From: Betaproteobacteria bacterium
GTDB taxonomy: Bacteria > Pseudomonadota > Gammaproteobacteria > Burkholderiales > SG8-41
NCBI GenBank assembly: GCA_016192825.1
Contig: JACPTK010000011.1
Span: 16,516-80,515 of the forward strand
Direction: 5' to 3'
DNA: 64,000 nucleotides
The position numbers and the translations under genes are program-made. Below are positions 47,754-55,906 of the stretch, in pieces (position 1 is the first letter of the stretch; each line of letters begins with the position of its first letter). The notes beneath the pieces were generated by a model, which saw only the letters and a program-made list of their open reading frames with translations, was not told the origin of the DNA and made no database searches.

Positions 47754-48221
47754 TCATCGCTGCTCGTACACCGAGCTGATGCCGAGTACGCTGAACAGCA
47801 TGACGCGGTAGGGCTCGCCCGGCATGTCCATTCCCGGGGCGCTCTTGGGCATGCCGGGCGCCGCGACGCCGGCACCCGGCGGGCGCTCGCGCAGCAGGCG
47901 CTTGATCGTATCCGCCGGCACGTGGCCTTCGATCACGTAACCGCCGGCCACCGCGGTGTGGCAGGAGCGCAGCGAGTCGGGTATCCGGAACTTGTCCTTG
48001 ATCGCGCTGACGTCGGACATGACGCGGGCGGTAACATTGAATCCGTTGCTGCGCAGGTGGCGATCCCAGCCCACGCAGCACCCGCAGGTCGGAGTTTCGT
48101 AAACGGTGATGCCCTGTGCGGCTGCTGGTGCACCAATCGGCCCAGCCGCCAGTGCGACAGCCAGCGCGATCGGCCAGATCCGTTCGCGTCCATCGTTGCC
48201 GTGACCAATCATGTCCGTCAC
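47754..48221 (-). CDS. DUF411 (CopG-like) periplasmic metal-binding protein, intact
   Basis: Signal peptide, VYETPTCGCCVGW, SCHTAV, GYVIEGHVP, APGMPKSAPGM. Confidence 0.85.
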   Translation of the reverse strand: MTDMIGHGNDGRERIWPIALAVALAAGPIGAPAAAQGITVYETPTCGCCVGWDRHLRSNGFNVTARVMSDVSAIKDKFRIPDSLRSCHTAVAGGYVIEGHVPADTIKRLLRERPPGAGVAAPGMPKSAPGMDMPGEPYRVMLFSVLGISSVYEQR

Positions 48222-48266
48222 CTGATCCGAGTTTTCACCCGGTCGCGTCCCGGCGGGCCGTGCCCG

Positions 48267-48464
48267 TTAGGTATGGCCGTGGTGGTGTGTTCCGCCGGGC
48301 GCGTGGCCGGCGCGAGCGGCGCCGCTCACATACTTGTCCGGTTGCGCGGTGAAGGTCTTCTGGCATGCCGCGCAACAGAAGTAGTAGGTTTGCCCGGCGT
48401 ACTCCGCCTTGGCCGCTGCATTGGCAGGGTCCACATTCATCTTGCACACAGGATCAGTTGCCAT
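48267..48464 (-). CDS. YHS-domain protein
   Basis: DPVCKMNVDPANAAAKAEYAGQTYYFCCAACQKTFTAQPDKY, with a His-rich tail GGTHHHGHT. Confidence 0.85.
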   Translation of the reverse strand: MATDPVCKMNVDPANAAAKAEYAGQTYYFCCAACQKTFTAQPDKYVSGAARAGHAPGGTHHHGHT

Positions 48465-48532
48465 GTCTTACCTCCGTCAGGTTGACTTCCGTTTCCATCC
48501 GCCGCCGATTCGGCCGGCACGTCCATGAGCCG

Positions 48533-51253
48533 TCACAGCCTCGCCCGCCTGAGCCTGAGCGCGTTGGTGACCACCGAAACCGAGCTCATCGCCATCGCCG
48601 CGCCGGCGAAGATCGGCGAGAGCAGCAGGCCGAAGAAGGGATACAACACGCCCGCCGCGATCGGCACCCCGAGCGAGTTGTAGACGAACGCGAAAAACAG
48701 GTTTTGCTTCACGTTGCGCATCGTGGCATGCGAGAGCCGGATCGCCTTCACGATGCCGCGCAGGTCGCCCTTGACGAGCGTCACGCTGCCGCTTTCGATC
48801 GCGACATCGGTGCCGGTGCCCATCGCAATCCCGACATTGGCCTGGGCGAGCGCGGGGGCATCGTTGATGCCGTCGCCCGCCATCGCGACCACGCGGCCGC
48901 GGCCTTGCAGCGACTTGATGGTGTCCACTTTCTGCTCGGGCAGAACTTCCGCGATTACTTCCTCGATGCCGAGCTGCCTGCCGACCGCGTCCGCCGTCTT
49001 GCGCGAGTCGCCGGAGAGCATCACTACGCGCACGCCTTCGGCCTGGAGCGCCTTGATGGCCTCATGCGTCGTTCCCTTGATCGGGTCGGCGACGGCGATC
49101 ACCGCGGCGGTGCGGCCGTCGATCGCCGCGTAGAGGGCGGTCTTGCCCTGGCTCCGGAGCGCGTCGGCCTTTTCAGCCAGCGACGGAGGCACGGCACCGT
49201 GCGATTCCATGAATCGGCGGCTCCCGACCGCGACCTTGCGCCCGCCGATTTCTCCCCGGACCCCCTGGCCGGTTACGGATTCGAAATTCTCGACCAGCGA
49301 CAGGCGCACGCCGCGCTCCTCCGCGCTCTTGACGATGGCCTGGGCGAGGGGATGCTCGCTGGCGCGCTCGAGGCTCGCGATGAGCGTCAGCGCATCGTTC
49401 TCGGTGACGCCTTCGACCACCAGATCCACGAGCTGCGGCCGTCCCAGCGTCAGCGTCCCGGTCTTGTCCATCACGAGCGTGTCCACCTGGCGCAGCTTCT
49501 CGACCGCTTCGGCGTTGCGGAACAGGATGCCGTTCAGCGCCCCTTGCCCCATCGCAACGGTGATCGAGATCGGGGTGGCGAGCCCGACCGCGCAGGGGCA
49601 GGCGATGATCAGCACGGCCACCGCGTTGACCAGCGCGTAGGTCAATCGAGGCTCCGGTCCGTAGAGCCACCAGACGAGAGCGGTCAACACGGCGATTGCG
49701 ATCACCGTCTGCACGAAATAGGCGGCGACCAGGTCCGCCAGACGCTGCACCGGCGCGCGCGTGCGCTGGGCCTGGGCGACCATGTGCACGATCTGCGACA
49801 GCAGTGTGTCGGCGCCGACCCGCTCGGCGCGGATGATGAGCGTCCCTTTCCCGTTGATCGTCGCGCCGGTCACCCGGTCGCCGGGCTTCTTGGGCACGGG
49901 AACCGGCTCGCCGGTGACCATGGATTCGTCCACGTTGGACGACCCCTCCATGCAGGCGCCGTCAACCGGCACTTTCTCGCCGGGGCGCACGCGCAGCTTG
50001 TCGCCGACCTGAACTTCGCTGAGCGGCACCTCCACTTCGCGCCCGTCCGCTTCGATGCGCAGCGCCGTGTTGGGCGCGAGCGCCAGCAGCTCCCGGATCG
50101 CCTGGCTGGTCTGCCCGAGAGCGCGCAATTGCATCACCTCGCCCAGCATCACCAGCGTCACGATCACCGCGGCCGCCTCGAAATAAGTTCCGACCTCACC
50201 GCCGTGGCTGCGGAATTCCTGCGGGAACAGGCTCGGGGCGAACACCGCCGCGATGCTGAACAGGTACGCAAGGCCGACGCCGAGGCCGATCAAGGTGTAC
50301 ATGTTGGGGCTGCGATTCTTGAGAGACAGCCAGAACTTGTGGAAAAACGGCCATCCGCTCCAGAGCACGACCGGCGTGCCGAGCGCGAGCTCCACGTACA
50401 TGCGCACGTGCGGCGCAAGGCCGAGCGGCTGCGTGATGCCGAAATACGGCGCCATTGCGATGAAGACGAGCGGGGCGGACAGCACGGCGCCGACCCCGAA
50501 GCGGCGCGTCATGTCGCGCAGCTCGGCATCGTCCTCCTCCGCGCCCGCCACCGGCACCAGCGCCATGCCGCACTTGGGGCACGGTCCCGGCCGGTCCTGG
50601 CGCACTTCCGGGTGCATCGGACAGGTGTACTCGGCCGCCGCCGGCGCGGCGGGAATCGTCGGCACGAGCGGCATGCCGCATTTAGGGCAGGAGCCGGGCC
50701 CGTCCTGCACAATCTCCGGGTGCATGGGGCAGGTGTACTGGCCGCTCTTAGGCGCGGCAGGAGCTGCAACCGGCGCGGGTTTCGCCAGATACTTCGGCGG
50801 ATCGGCCTTGAACGCGGAGAGGCAGTGCTTGCTGCAGAAGTGGTATGTCGTGCCACCGTGCTCGTGCGAGCCCGCGGCTGACGCCGGGTCCACTTTCATG
50901 TTGCAGACCGGGTCGACGGCCTGGACTGGCGCGGTCTGGACGGCCGGCGCGGACTTGGCGAGGAATTTTTCCGGCTCGGCCTGGAATGCCGCCCGGCAGC
51001 CACCGCAGCAGAAGTAGTAGGTCGTGCCGCCATAGGCGTAGGATTCCGTTGCCGTCGCCGGATCGACCTGCATTCCGCACACGGGATCCGTCACCTGCGC
51101 GCCTGCTCCCTGCCCGTGGGCCGCGCCACCGCAGCAGCCATGGGTACCCTTGCTCTCGCCGTGCTTCACGGGCTCCTTGCGTGCATCAGCCTCGGCTGCG
51201 TGGCCGCAGCAAGCGTGCCCGTGGTGGTTGTGACCATGTCGTAAATCGTTCAT
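48533..51253 (-). CDS. copA: copper-type (CPC) P1B heavy-metal-translocating ATPase with 2 YHS and 2 YTCPMHPE N-terminal domains
   Basis: His-rich N-terminus. Two YHS repeats ([10 protein letters not shown]...YYFCCGGC; [10 protein letters not shown]...YHFCSKHC). Two YTCPMHPE...CPKCGM domains. Also [25 protein letters not shown] and GDGINDAP. Confidence 0.95.
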   Translation of the reverse strand: MNDLRHGHNHHGHACCGHAAEADARKEPVKHGESKGTHGCCGGAAHGQGAGAQVTDPVCGMQVDPATATESYAYGGTTYYFCCGGCRAAFQAEPEKFLAKSAPAVQTAPVQAVDPVCNMKVDPASAAGSHEHGGTTYHFCSKHCLSAFKADPPKYLAKPAPVAAPAAPKSGQYTCPMHPEIVQDGPGSCPKCGMPLVPTIPAAPAAAEYTCPMHPEVRQDRPGPCPKCGMALVPVAGAEEDDAELRDMTRRFGVGAVLSAPLVFIAMAPYFGITQPLGLAPHVRMYVELALGTPVVLWSGWPFFHKFWLSLKNRSPNMYTLIGLGVGLAYLFSIAAVFAPSLFPQEFRSHGGEVGTYFEAAAVIVTLVMLGEVMQLRALGQTSQAIRELLALAPNTALRIEADGREVEVPLSEVQVGDKLRVRPGEKVPVDGACMEGSSNVDESMVTGEPVPVPKKPGDRVTGATINGKGTLIIRAERVGADTLLSQIVHMVAQAQRTRAPVQRLADLVAAYFVQTVIAIAVLTALVWWLYGPEPRLTYALVNAVAVLIIACPCAVGLATPISITVAMGQGALNGILFRNAEAVEKLRQVDTLVMDKTGTLTLGRPQLVDLVVEGVTENDALTLIASLERASEHPLAQAIVKSAEERGVRLSLVENFESVTGQGVRGEIGGRKVAVGSRRFMESHGAVPPSLAEKADALRSQGKTALYAAIDGRTAAVIAVADPIKGTTHEAIKALQAEGVRVVMLSGDSRKTADAVGRQLGIEEVIAEVLPEQKVDTIKSLQGRGRVVAMAGDGINDAPALAQANVGIAMGTGTDVAIESGSVTLVKGDLRGIVKAIRLSHATMRNVKQNLFFAFVYNSLGVPIAAGVLYPFFGLLLSPIFAGAAMAMSSVSVVTNALRLRRARL

Positions 51254-51288
51254 GCTCTGCTCCCTAGCATTGAGTGAGTCACACCGCG

Positions 51289-51320
51289 AGTGTAAATTCC
51301 GTACTTCGGTACGGAGTCAA
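51289..51320 (-). promoter_or_regulatory. MerR-type promoter with mer-like operator dyad
   Basis: Minus strand reads TTGACT-CCGTACCGAAGTACGGAAT-TTACACT. The -35 is TTGACT (51315..51320), with a 19-20 nt spacer to TTACAC/TACACT. The dyad TCCGTAC-N4-GTACGGA (51298..51315) has the same half-sites as the classical Tn21/Tn501 mer operator. It faces the ATPase gene. Confidence 0.7.
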
Positions 51321-51330
51321 GGGGGTGGTT

Positions 51331-51747
51331 ATGGCGGATCGAACGGATTTCACTATCGGCGATGTCGCCGAGGCCGCGGGCGTCGGGGTCGAAACGGTGC
51401 GCTACTACGAGCGGCGCGGGCTGGTGCCGCAGCCCAACCGCAGGCTGGGGTCGTATCGCCGCTACGGCAACGGGCACGTGAGTCGCATCCGCTTTATCAA
51501 GCGCGCGCAGGCGCTCGGGTTCAGCCTGGAGGAGATCGAGTCGCTGCTCGAGCTGGAGGATGGCACGGACCGCCGCAGCATCCGTCGCATCGCCGCCGCG
51601 CGGATCGAGGACACGCGGCGGCGCATCGCGGACCTGAGGCGCATCGAGCGCGTGCTCGCCCATCTGGTCCACGAATGCGCAGCGCACGCGAGATCGCCGC
51701 GCTGCCCGATCATCGCCGCGATCACCGAAGACGGTCCGCAAGCTTAA
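51331..51747 (+). CDS. MerR-family metal-responsive regulator (MerR-like, two-Cys metal loop)
   Basis: FTIGDVAEAAGVGVETVRYYERRGL HTH, coiled-coil dimerisation helix, and C-terminal HECAAHARSPRCPII (C-x8-C as in MerR C117/C126). The position equivalent to MerR Cys82 is not Cys (EDGTDRRSI). Start taken at MADRTD. Confidence 0.9.
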   Translation: MADRTDFTIGDVAEAAGVGVETVRYYERRGLVPQPNRRLGSYRRYGNGHVSRIRFIKRAQALGFSLEEIESLLELEDGTDRRSIRRIAAARIEDTRRRIADLRRIERVLAHLVHECAAHARSPRCPIIAAITEDGPQA

Positions 51748-52015
51748 GAGCCCCGAACAAAATGACTTTCCCCTCCTTTTCAAGGAGGGGTGGATGCGAA
51801 GCAGACGGGGTGGTTGTGGTACACCCATCACTCCCACCACCCCGCCCGCAGTCCCTCTCCCCCGCCCCTCTCCCAAGCTGCGAGGGGAGGCTCGAAATTC
51901 CCCTTCTCCCCTCGGGAGAAGGGGAAGGGATGAGGGATGGCGCGCACCCCTCCTCCGGCAGGAGGGGAGAGTGCAGGCGATCTGACGCATTCGCTCATTT
52001 TGTTATGGGCTCTAA
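51745..52015. mobile_element. MITE-like element, type C (265 bp core, TAA direct repeats)
   Basis: Terminal inverted repeats GAGCCCCGAACAAAATGA (51748..) and TCATTTTGTTATGGGCTC (..52012), 16/18 matching. They are flanked by TAA at 51745..51747 (the merR-like stop codon) and 52013..52015. The interior is a stack of GC-rich hairpins (CCCCTCCttttcaaGGAGGGG, CCCCTTCTCCCCTCGGGAGAAGGGG). Confidence 0.5.
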
Positions 52016-52035
52016 GGAAGTCCTGGTCGCATTGC

Positions 52036-52614
52036 TCATGTCTTTTCGCCTTCGTGGGGCGGCAGCCGGTCCGGAACGGCGCAAAAGCCCTGCGCGGGCA
52101 CGCCGAGCGCCGCGTTGAATTTGCTGGACATGTTCTGATAGGCGATCAGCGCCGCCAGCTCGACGATTGCCTGGTCGTCGAAATGCCGGCGCAGACCCGA
52201 CACCAGCGCCGCGTCGACGTGCCGGTCGCTGCGCGTGACGGTCTCGGCGCAACGCAGCGCGGCCTTCTCGCGCTCGCTGAACAGCGTGGACTCCTCAAAC
52301 AAGGGCAGGGCACGGAGCTTGTCCTCCGCGATGCCGCGCCCGAGGCCGAGGAAAGCGTTCAGGTCCACGCAGAATTCGCACCCGTTGATCTGCGAGACCC
52401 GCACCTGGACGAGTGATCGCAATGCAGGCTCGATGCGCGCGGAGGCGCGGTCGAGCGCCCGGTACATCGCGCTCATGGCGAGAAACACCGCCGGCATCCG
52501 CGCCCACAGGCGGACCGGCTCGAGCTCGCGCCCGTAGCGGCGGCGCTGCCGCCGGAACATCAGGCGAAGGTACCAGGGGTAGGGAAAGTCCGCCGGTGTC
52601 TCTACGTAGCTCAT
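52036..52614 (-). CDS. carboxymuconolactone decarboxylase (AhpD-like) family protein
   Basis: QVRVSQINGCEFCVDLN (CxxC of the AhpD/CMD fold). The start MSYVETPADF overlaps the upstream stop (ATGA). Confidence 0.8.
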   Translation of the reverse strand: MSYVETPADFPYPWYLRLMFRRQRRRYGRELEPVRLWARMPAVFLAMSAMYRALDRASARIEPALRSLVQVRVSQINGCEFCVDLNAFLGLGRGIAEDKLRALPLFEESTLFSEREKAALRCAETVTRSDRHVDAALVSGLRRHFDDQAIVELAALIAYQNMSSKFNAALGVPAQGFCAVPDRLPPHEGEKT

Positions 52615-52805
52615 GCGCCACCTTTCCCGGCGCCGGGACCTGCATTCTTCGAGTTCGCCTGCCACTGCTGGTAGCAGTCGAGCCCGCAGAAATACGCGAC
52701 ATAGTCCACGGCTTCCGAGCAGCAGGCTTCGGAGCGGGGTATCTCCTTGAGACAGACCTCGCATTTCACCTTCTGGGGTTCCGCTTCCCGCGTTGGTTTT
52801 TTCAT
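52611..52805 (-). CDS. small Cys-rich protein (DUF3330-like)
   Basis: VKCEVCLKEIPRSEACCSEAVDYVAYFCGLDCYQQW. 64 aa; family assignment from memory. Confidence 0.55.
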   Translation of the reverse strand: MKKPTREAEPQKVKCEVCLKEIPRSEACCSEAVDYVAYFCGLDCYQQWQANSKNAGPGAGKGGA

Positions 52806-52836
52806 GGTCCGCCTCCAAGCCGTCGCGTGTGACGGT

Positions 52837-53610
52837 TTATGCCGGCGCCGTCATCGGAACGGCTGCGGCGCCGCACTTGATTTCCACCATCTCGCGCAGT
52901 GCCGCTTCCTCGGCCACGAAAACCTCGACGGCCCGTGGATCGAACTGGGTGCCGGATTGGCGCGTGATTTCGGCCCGCGCCGTGTCGAAGGGGAGGCCTT
53001 TCCGGTAAGGCCGGTCCGAGGTGATCGCGTCGAGCGCGTCGATCACGGAGAACAGCCGCGCCCACAGCGGGATCGCTTCACCCTCCAGTCCGCGCGGATA
53101 GCCGGTGCCGTCGAAACGTTCTTCATGGTTGAGCACGAGCTCGGCCGCTTCCGCCATGAACGGAGCGCCCGCGAGAATACGGTGGCCGATTTCCGGATGG
53201 GTGCGCATGATCCGCCATTCGGCGTCACTCAACGATGCCTCTTTCAGCAGTATCGAATCCGGGATGCCGATCTTGCCGATGTCGTGCAGCAGCGCGCCCA
53301 GGTAGACGTATTGCAGCTCCTGCGGGTCGGCGCTGAAATGCCTGGCGAGCACGAGCGTATGGCAGGCGACCCGTTTCGAATGCAATCCGGTTTCGTGCTC
53401 ACGGGCGTCCAGCGCGGCAACCAGTGCCTCGCCCAGCGCGCGTTGCCCATTGTCATGGCCCACGGGCAGGGCGTGGTAGCGGCGTGCCGCGAGGAAGCAG
53501 CTTTCGCAGAAATAGCCGTCATGGTCGCGGGCATGCGGCAGCCCGGCGAGGGAAGCCCCGCAATGCCGGCAGGATTTTTGGGCGGTGTTCGCGGCGGGGC
53601 GAGCATCCAT
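52837..53610 (-). CDS. HD-GYP domain phosphodiesterase with N-terminal Cys4 zinc-ribbon-like segment
   Basis: HSKRVACHTLVLA, LGALLHDIGKIGIP, HPEIGHRIL, HEERFDGTGYPRGL. N-terminus CRHCG-x17-CESC. Confidence 0.85.
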   Translation of the reverse strand: MDARPAANTAQKSCRHCGASLAGLPHARDHDGYFCESCFLAARRYHALPVGHDNGQRALGEALVAALDAREHETGLHSKRVACHTLVLARHFSADPQELQYVYLGALLHDIGKIGIPDSILLKEASLSDAEWRIMRTHPEIGHRILAGAPFMAEAAELVLNHEERFDGTGYPRGLEGEAIPLWARLFSVIDALDAITSDRPYRKGLPFDTARAEITRQSGTQFDPRAVEVFVAEEAALREMVEIKCGAAAVPMTAPA

Positions 53611-53624
53611 GGGAACCCGCCCGG

Positions 53625-53876
53625 CTACCTTGCGCCGTGAAAGAAGTTGTAGAGCGGCACGAACACCAGGCCGAAGTAAATGCCGTACAAAAAGCTCTCG
53701 AGCAGTCCGAGGAAGAAACTCGGCCACGAGATCCAGGTGAATCCCGGCAGCAGCTTCAGCCACACCTCGAACATACGCTGGCCGAATGCGAGGTCGTAGG
53801 CCACGCAAAAGGCGTAGGTAACCGCCAGGAACGAGCCCATGGCAAGACCCACATCGCGCCAGTAGAGCTTACCCAT
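53625..53876 (-). CDS. small two-TM membrane protein of unknown function
   Basis: MGKLYWRDVGLAMGSFLAVTYAFCVAYDL ... LLPGFTWISWPSFFLGLLESFLYGIYFGLVFVPLYNFF. Overlaps the stop of the upstream YHS gene. Confidence 0.5.
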   Translation of the reverse strand: MGKLYWRDVGLAMGSFLAVTYAFCVAYDLAFGQRMFEVWLKLLPGFTWISWPSFFLGLLESFLYGIYFGLVFVPLYNFFHGAR

Positions 53877-54204
53877 GGTGATGTCCTCCATGCTGATGTT
53901 CGCCTTGGGCCGCGCCGCCGAGATATTGTTCCGGCGCCTGCTCGAATTTTTCGCGGCACGAGGTCGAGCAGAAGTGATAAGTGTTGCCGCGGTAGGCGCT
54001 TGCCGCTGTGGATTTTTCCGTATCAACGGTCATTCCGCACACGGGATCTTTGGTCGCGCCCCCAGCCGGCTCGTCGTTCTTGCCGTGGCCCCCATGGTGG
54101 CCATGACCGCCGATGTGAGACCCGCACCCGAAGCGCATCATCAGGTAGAACAGCACGCCCCAGAAGAGCAGGGTGCCCAGGCTTTTCAGGCTTTCCGGGT
54201 CCAT
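53869..54204 (-). CDS. membrane-anchored YHS-domain protein with His-rich linkers
   Basis: GGAGG RBS and TM (LGTLLFWGVLFYLMMRF). HIGGHGHHGGHG, DPVCGMTVDTEKSTAASAYRGNTYHFCSTSCREKF, and tail HQHGGHHHG. Confidence 0.75.
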   Translation of the reverse strand: MDPESLKSLGTLLFWGVLFYLMMRFGCGSHIGGHGHHGGHGKNDEPAGGATKDPVCGMTVDTEKSTAASAYRGNTYHFCSTSCREKFEQAPEQYLGGAAQGEHQHGGHHHG

Positions 54205-54220
54205 TGATGCCTCCTTCGGG

Positions 54221-54610
54221 TCATGACCCGAGGCTGTCGCAAACCCGTTGCAGCCGCGCCCGGACCTCCTTGCCGAGCGCGTGCACTTCCGGCTTGTCCA
54301 CCAGCTTGAGCACGGCGTCCGGGTCCATGAATCCGACCCAGATGCGCCCGTCGTCCTCCTCGCGCACGACCACATTGCACGGCAACAACAAGCCGATATC
54401 GGGATCGGCTTCGATCGCCCGATGGGCGAGCGGCGGGTTGCACGCACCGAGAATGCGGTACGGGCGCCGATCGATGTTCAGCTTGGCTTTCATCGTGCTC
54501 TTCACGTCGATGTCGGTGAGCACGCCGAAGCCTTCTGTTTTCAGGGCCGCAGTTACTTTCTCGACTGCGGCGTCGAACGGCATCTTGAGGCGGGTGCTGA
54601 ATCCGTACAT
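54221..54610 (-). CDS. DUF302-domain protein
   Basis: [57 protein letters not shown]. Confidence 0.8.
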   Translation of the reverse strand: MYGFSTRLKMPFDAAVEKVTAALKTEGFGVLTDIDVKSTMKAKLNIDRRPYRILGACNPPLAHRAIEADPDIGLLLPCNVVVREEDDGRIWVGFMDPDAVLKLVDKPEVHALGKEVRARLQRVCDSLGS

Positions 54611-54645
54611 GGGTCTTCTCCTTGAGAAGTTCCGTAACAGGGGTC

Positions 54646-54894
54646 TCAGGCCTCGATATCGCGCTTCTTCTGCTCGAACTCCTCGCGCCCGATTTCGCTG
54701 CGGGCATAGCGCTCCTTGAGAATGTCGAGCGCGTTTTTCCCGGGCGTCGGGCCGGCGCTGGAGGTGCCGGTGCCGGCCGCGGTCCATCTCACCAGGACCA
54801 CGATGCCGACGATGACGAGTACCCAGAACAGCACCATGCTGATCATCCCGAACCCCATCCCCCATCCCCAGCCGTAATCATATCCACCCCACAT
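54646..54894 (-). CDS. SHOCT-domain membrane protein
   Basis: Gly/Trp-rich N-terminus [18 protein letters not shown], a TM segment, and C-terminal [26 protein letters not shown]. Confidence 0.75.
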   Translation of the reverse strand: MWGGYDYGWGWGMGFGMISMVLFWVLVIVGIVVLVRWTAAGTGTSSAGPTPGKNALDILKERYARSEIGREEFEQKKRDIEA

Positions 54895-54923
54895 CAGCGT
54901 TCTCCTTTCGCATTGGTCGATGG

Positions 54924-55325
54924 TTACTTGAGCCGCCAGTTGAATACGCGCGGCCTGGCCTCGCCCGGCCGCGCGATGCGCAGCTCGATCGCCTGCGGTT
55001 GCGGATCGAGCGCATTGAATTTCAGCACGCCCTTGCGATGATGGCCGCCGGGCGGATCGCCCTGCCAGGCGGCGGGAGCGAGTGCCCTGCCGCCGGCAAC
55101 GAGGGACGCCGACTTCGCCGGATCATCGTTGAGCTCCTGCGTATGGGTATCGAAGACGATCTCGAATTCCCACGCGCCGCCGGGCAGCGCGCGCGGCGTG
55201 GCTTTGACCGTGACTCCAGCCGCGGTGTTTGATTGAGCGGAGAGCGCGGAAGCCGCGATCGCGCCGCCCGCGGCGGGGAGGCCGGTCACGAGCGCGAGCA
55301 GCAGCGTGATCAGGCGTGCGCGCAT
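54924..55325 (-). CDS. secreted beta-rich protein of unknown function (GGHHR motif)
   Basis: Signal peptide MRARLITLLLALVTGLPAAGGAIA. VTVKATPRAL..WEFEIVFDTHTQEL ... WQGDPPGGHHRKGVLKF. Overlaps the upstream membrane protein gene by 16 nt. Confidence 0.5.
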   Translation of the reverse strand: MRARLITLLLALVTGLPAAGGAIAASALSAQSNTAAGVTVKATPRALPGGAWEFEIVFDTHTQELNDDPAKSASLVAGGRALAPAAWQGDPPGGHHRKGVLKFNALDPQPQAIELRIARPGEARPRVFNWRLK

Positions 55326-55777
55326 TGGGCGTGCTCCTTGGTGGCGTTCCAGAGTTTGTTGCCGATGTACGCGATCCCGGCGGCGTTGAAAGCGAGGCCC
55401 ACCCAGAAGAACTCGACCTGATACTGGGCGGCGAACGTCACGAGCCCGGTCGCGCCGAGCACAGGGGCGACGTTGACCAGGTAGTGCGCGCAGCAGGAAA
55501 TCATCGCCGCGGTCGAGGTGGTGCCGGACGCGGCCATCACGGTGCGCGAATCCTTCGACTGGTGCAGCAGTTGCCGCAACCGCATGTAGAGCGCGACCTG
55601 CAGTCCGAATCCCGCGGCGAGCGGCAGAACGTAAAACCAGAACTCCGAAAACTGGTCCACGGTGAATTTCCAGCCGGAGACGAGAGTGAGCACGCCGAAA
55701 TACGCGGCGAGCAGCAGGCCGAAGGCGAGTATTCCGAAACCGGTGGGCCTTGCGGCGGTGACGACGTAGGCATTCAT
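55310..55777 (-). CDS. four-TM membrane protein of unknown function (SCCAHY motif)
   Basis: Four hydrophobic segments with MISCCAHYLVNVAPVLG in TM3. Translationally coupled to 54924..55325. Confidence 0.5.
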   Translation of the reverse strand: MNAYVVTAARPTGFGILAFGLLLAAYFGVLTLVSGWKFTVDQFSEFWFYVLPLAAGFGLQVALYMRLRQLLHQSKDSRTVMAASGTTSTAAMISCCAHYLVNVAPVLGATGLVTFAAQYQVEFFWVGLAFNAAGIAYIGNKLWNATKEHAQCAHA

Positions 55778-55906
55778 GGCGATCCAATCCTCAGCGTTAA
55801 GGGCGTTGCACCGGGCCCTGAGTCAATGGGCACGGCGCCTGCGGAACCGGCAGTGACTTTGCTGGTGCGATCGCTTGGTCACCTCGGCTCCTCGGTGTCG
55901 GCCGTG

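Noticed and set aside
48365-50881. 838-aa plus-strand ORF
   Set aside because: Antisense to the P1B ATPase, whose motifs ([16 protein letters not shown]) identify the true coding strand.
51250-52118. 246-aa (-) and 288-aa (+) ORFs across the merR region and MITE C
   Set aside because: They run through palindromic repeat DNA and antisense to the MerR-family gene. The Pro/Arg/Gly-rich translations are typical of translated GC-rich repeats.
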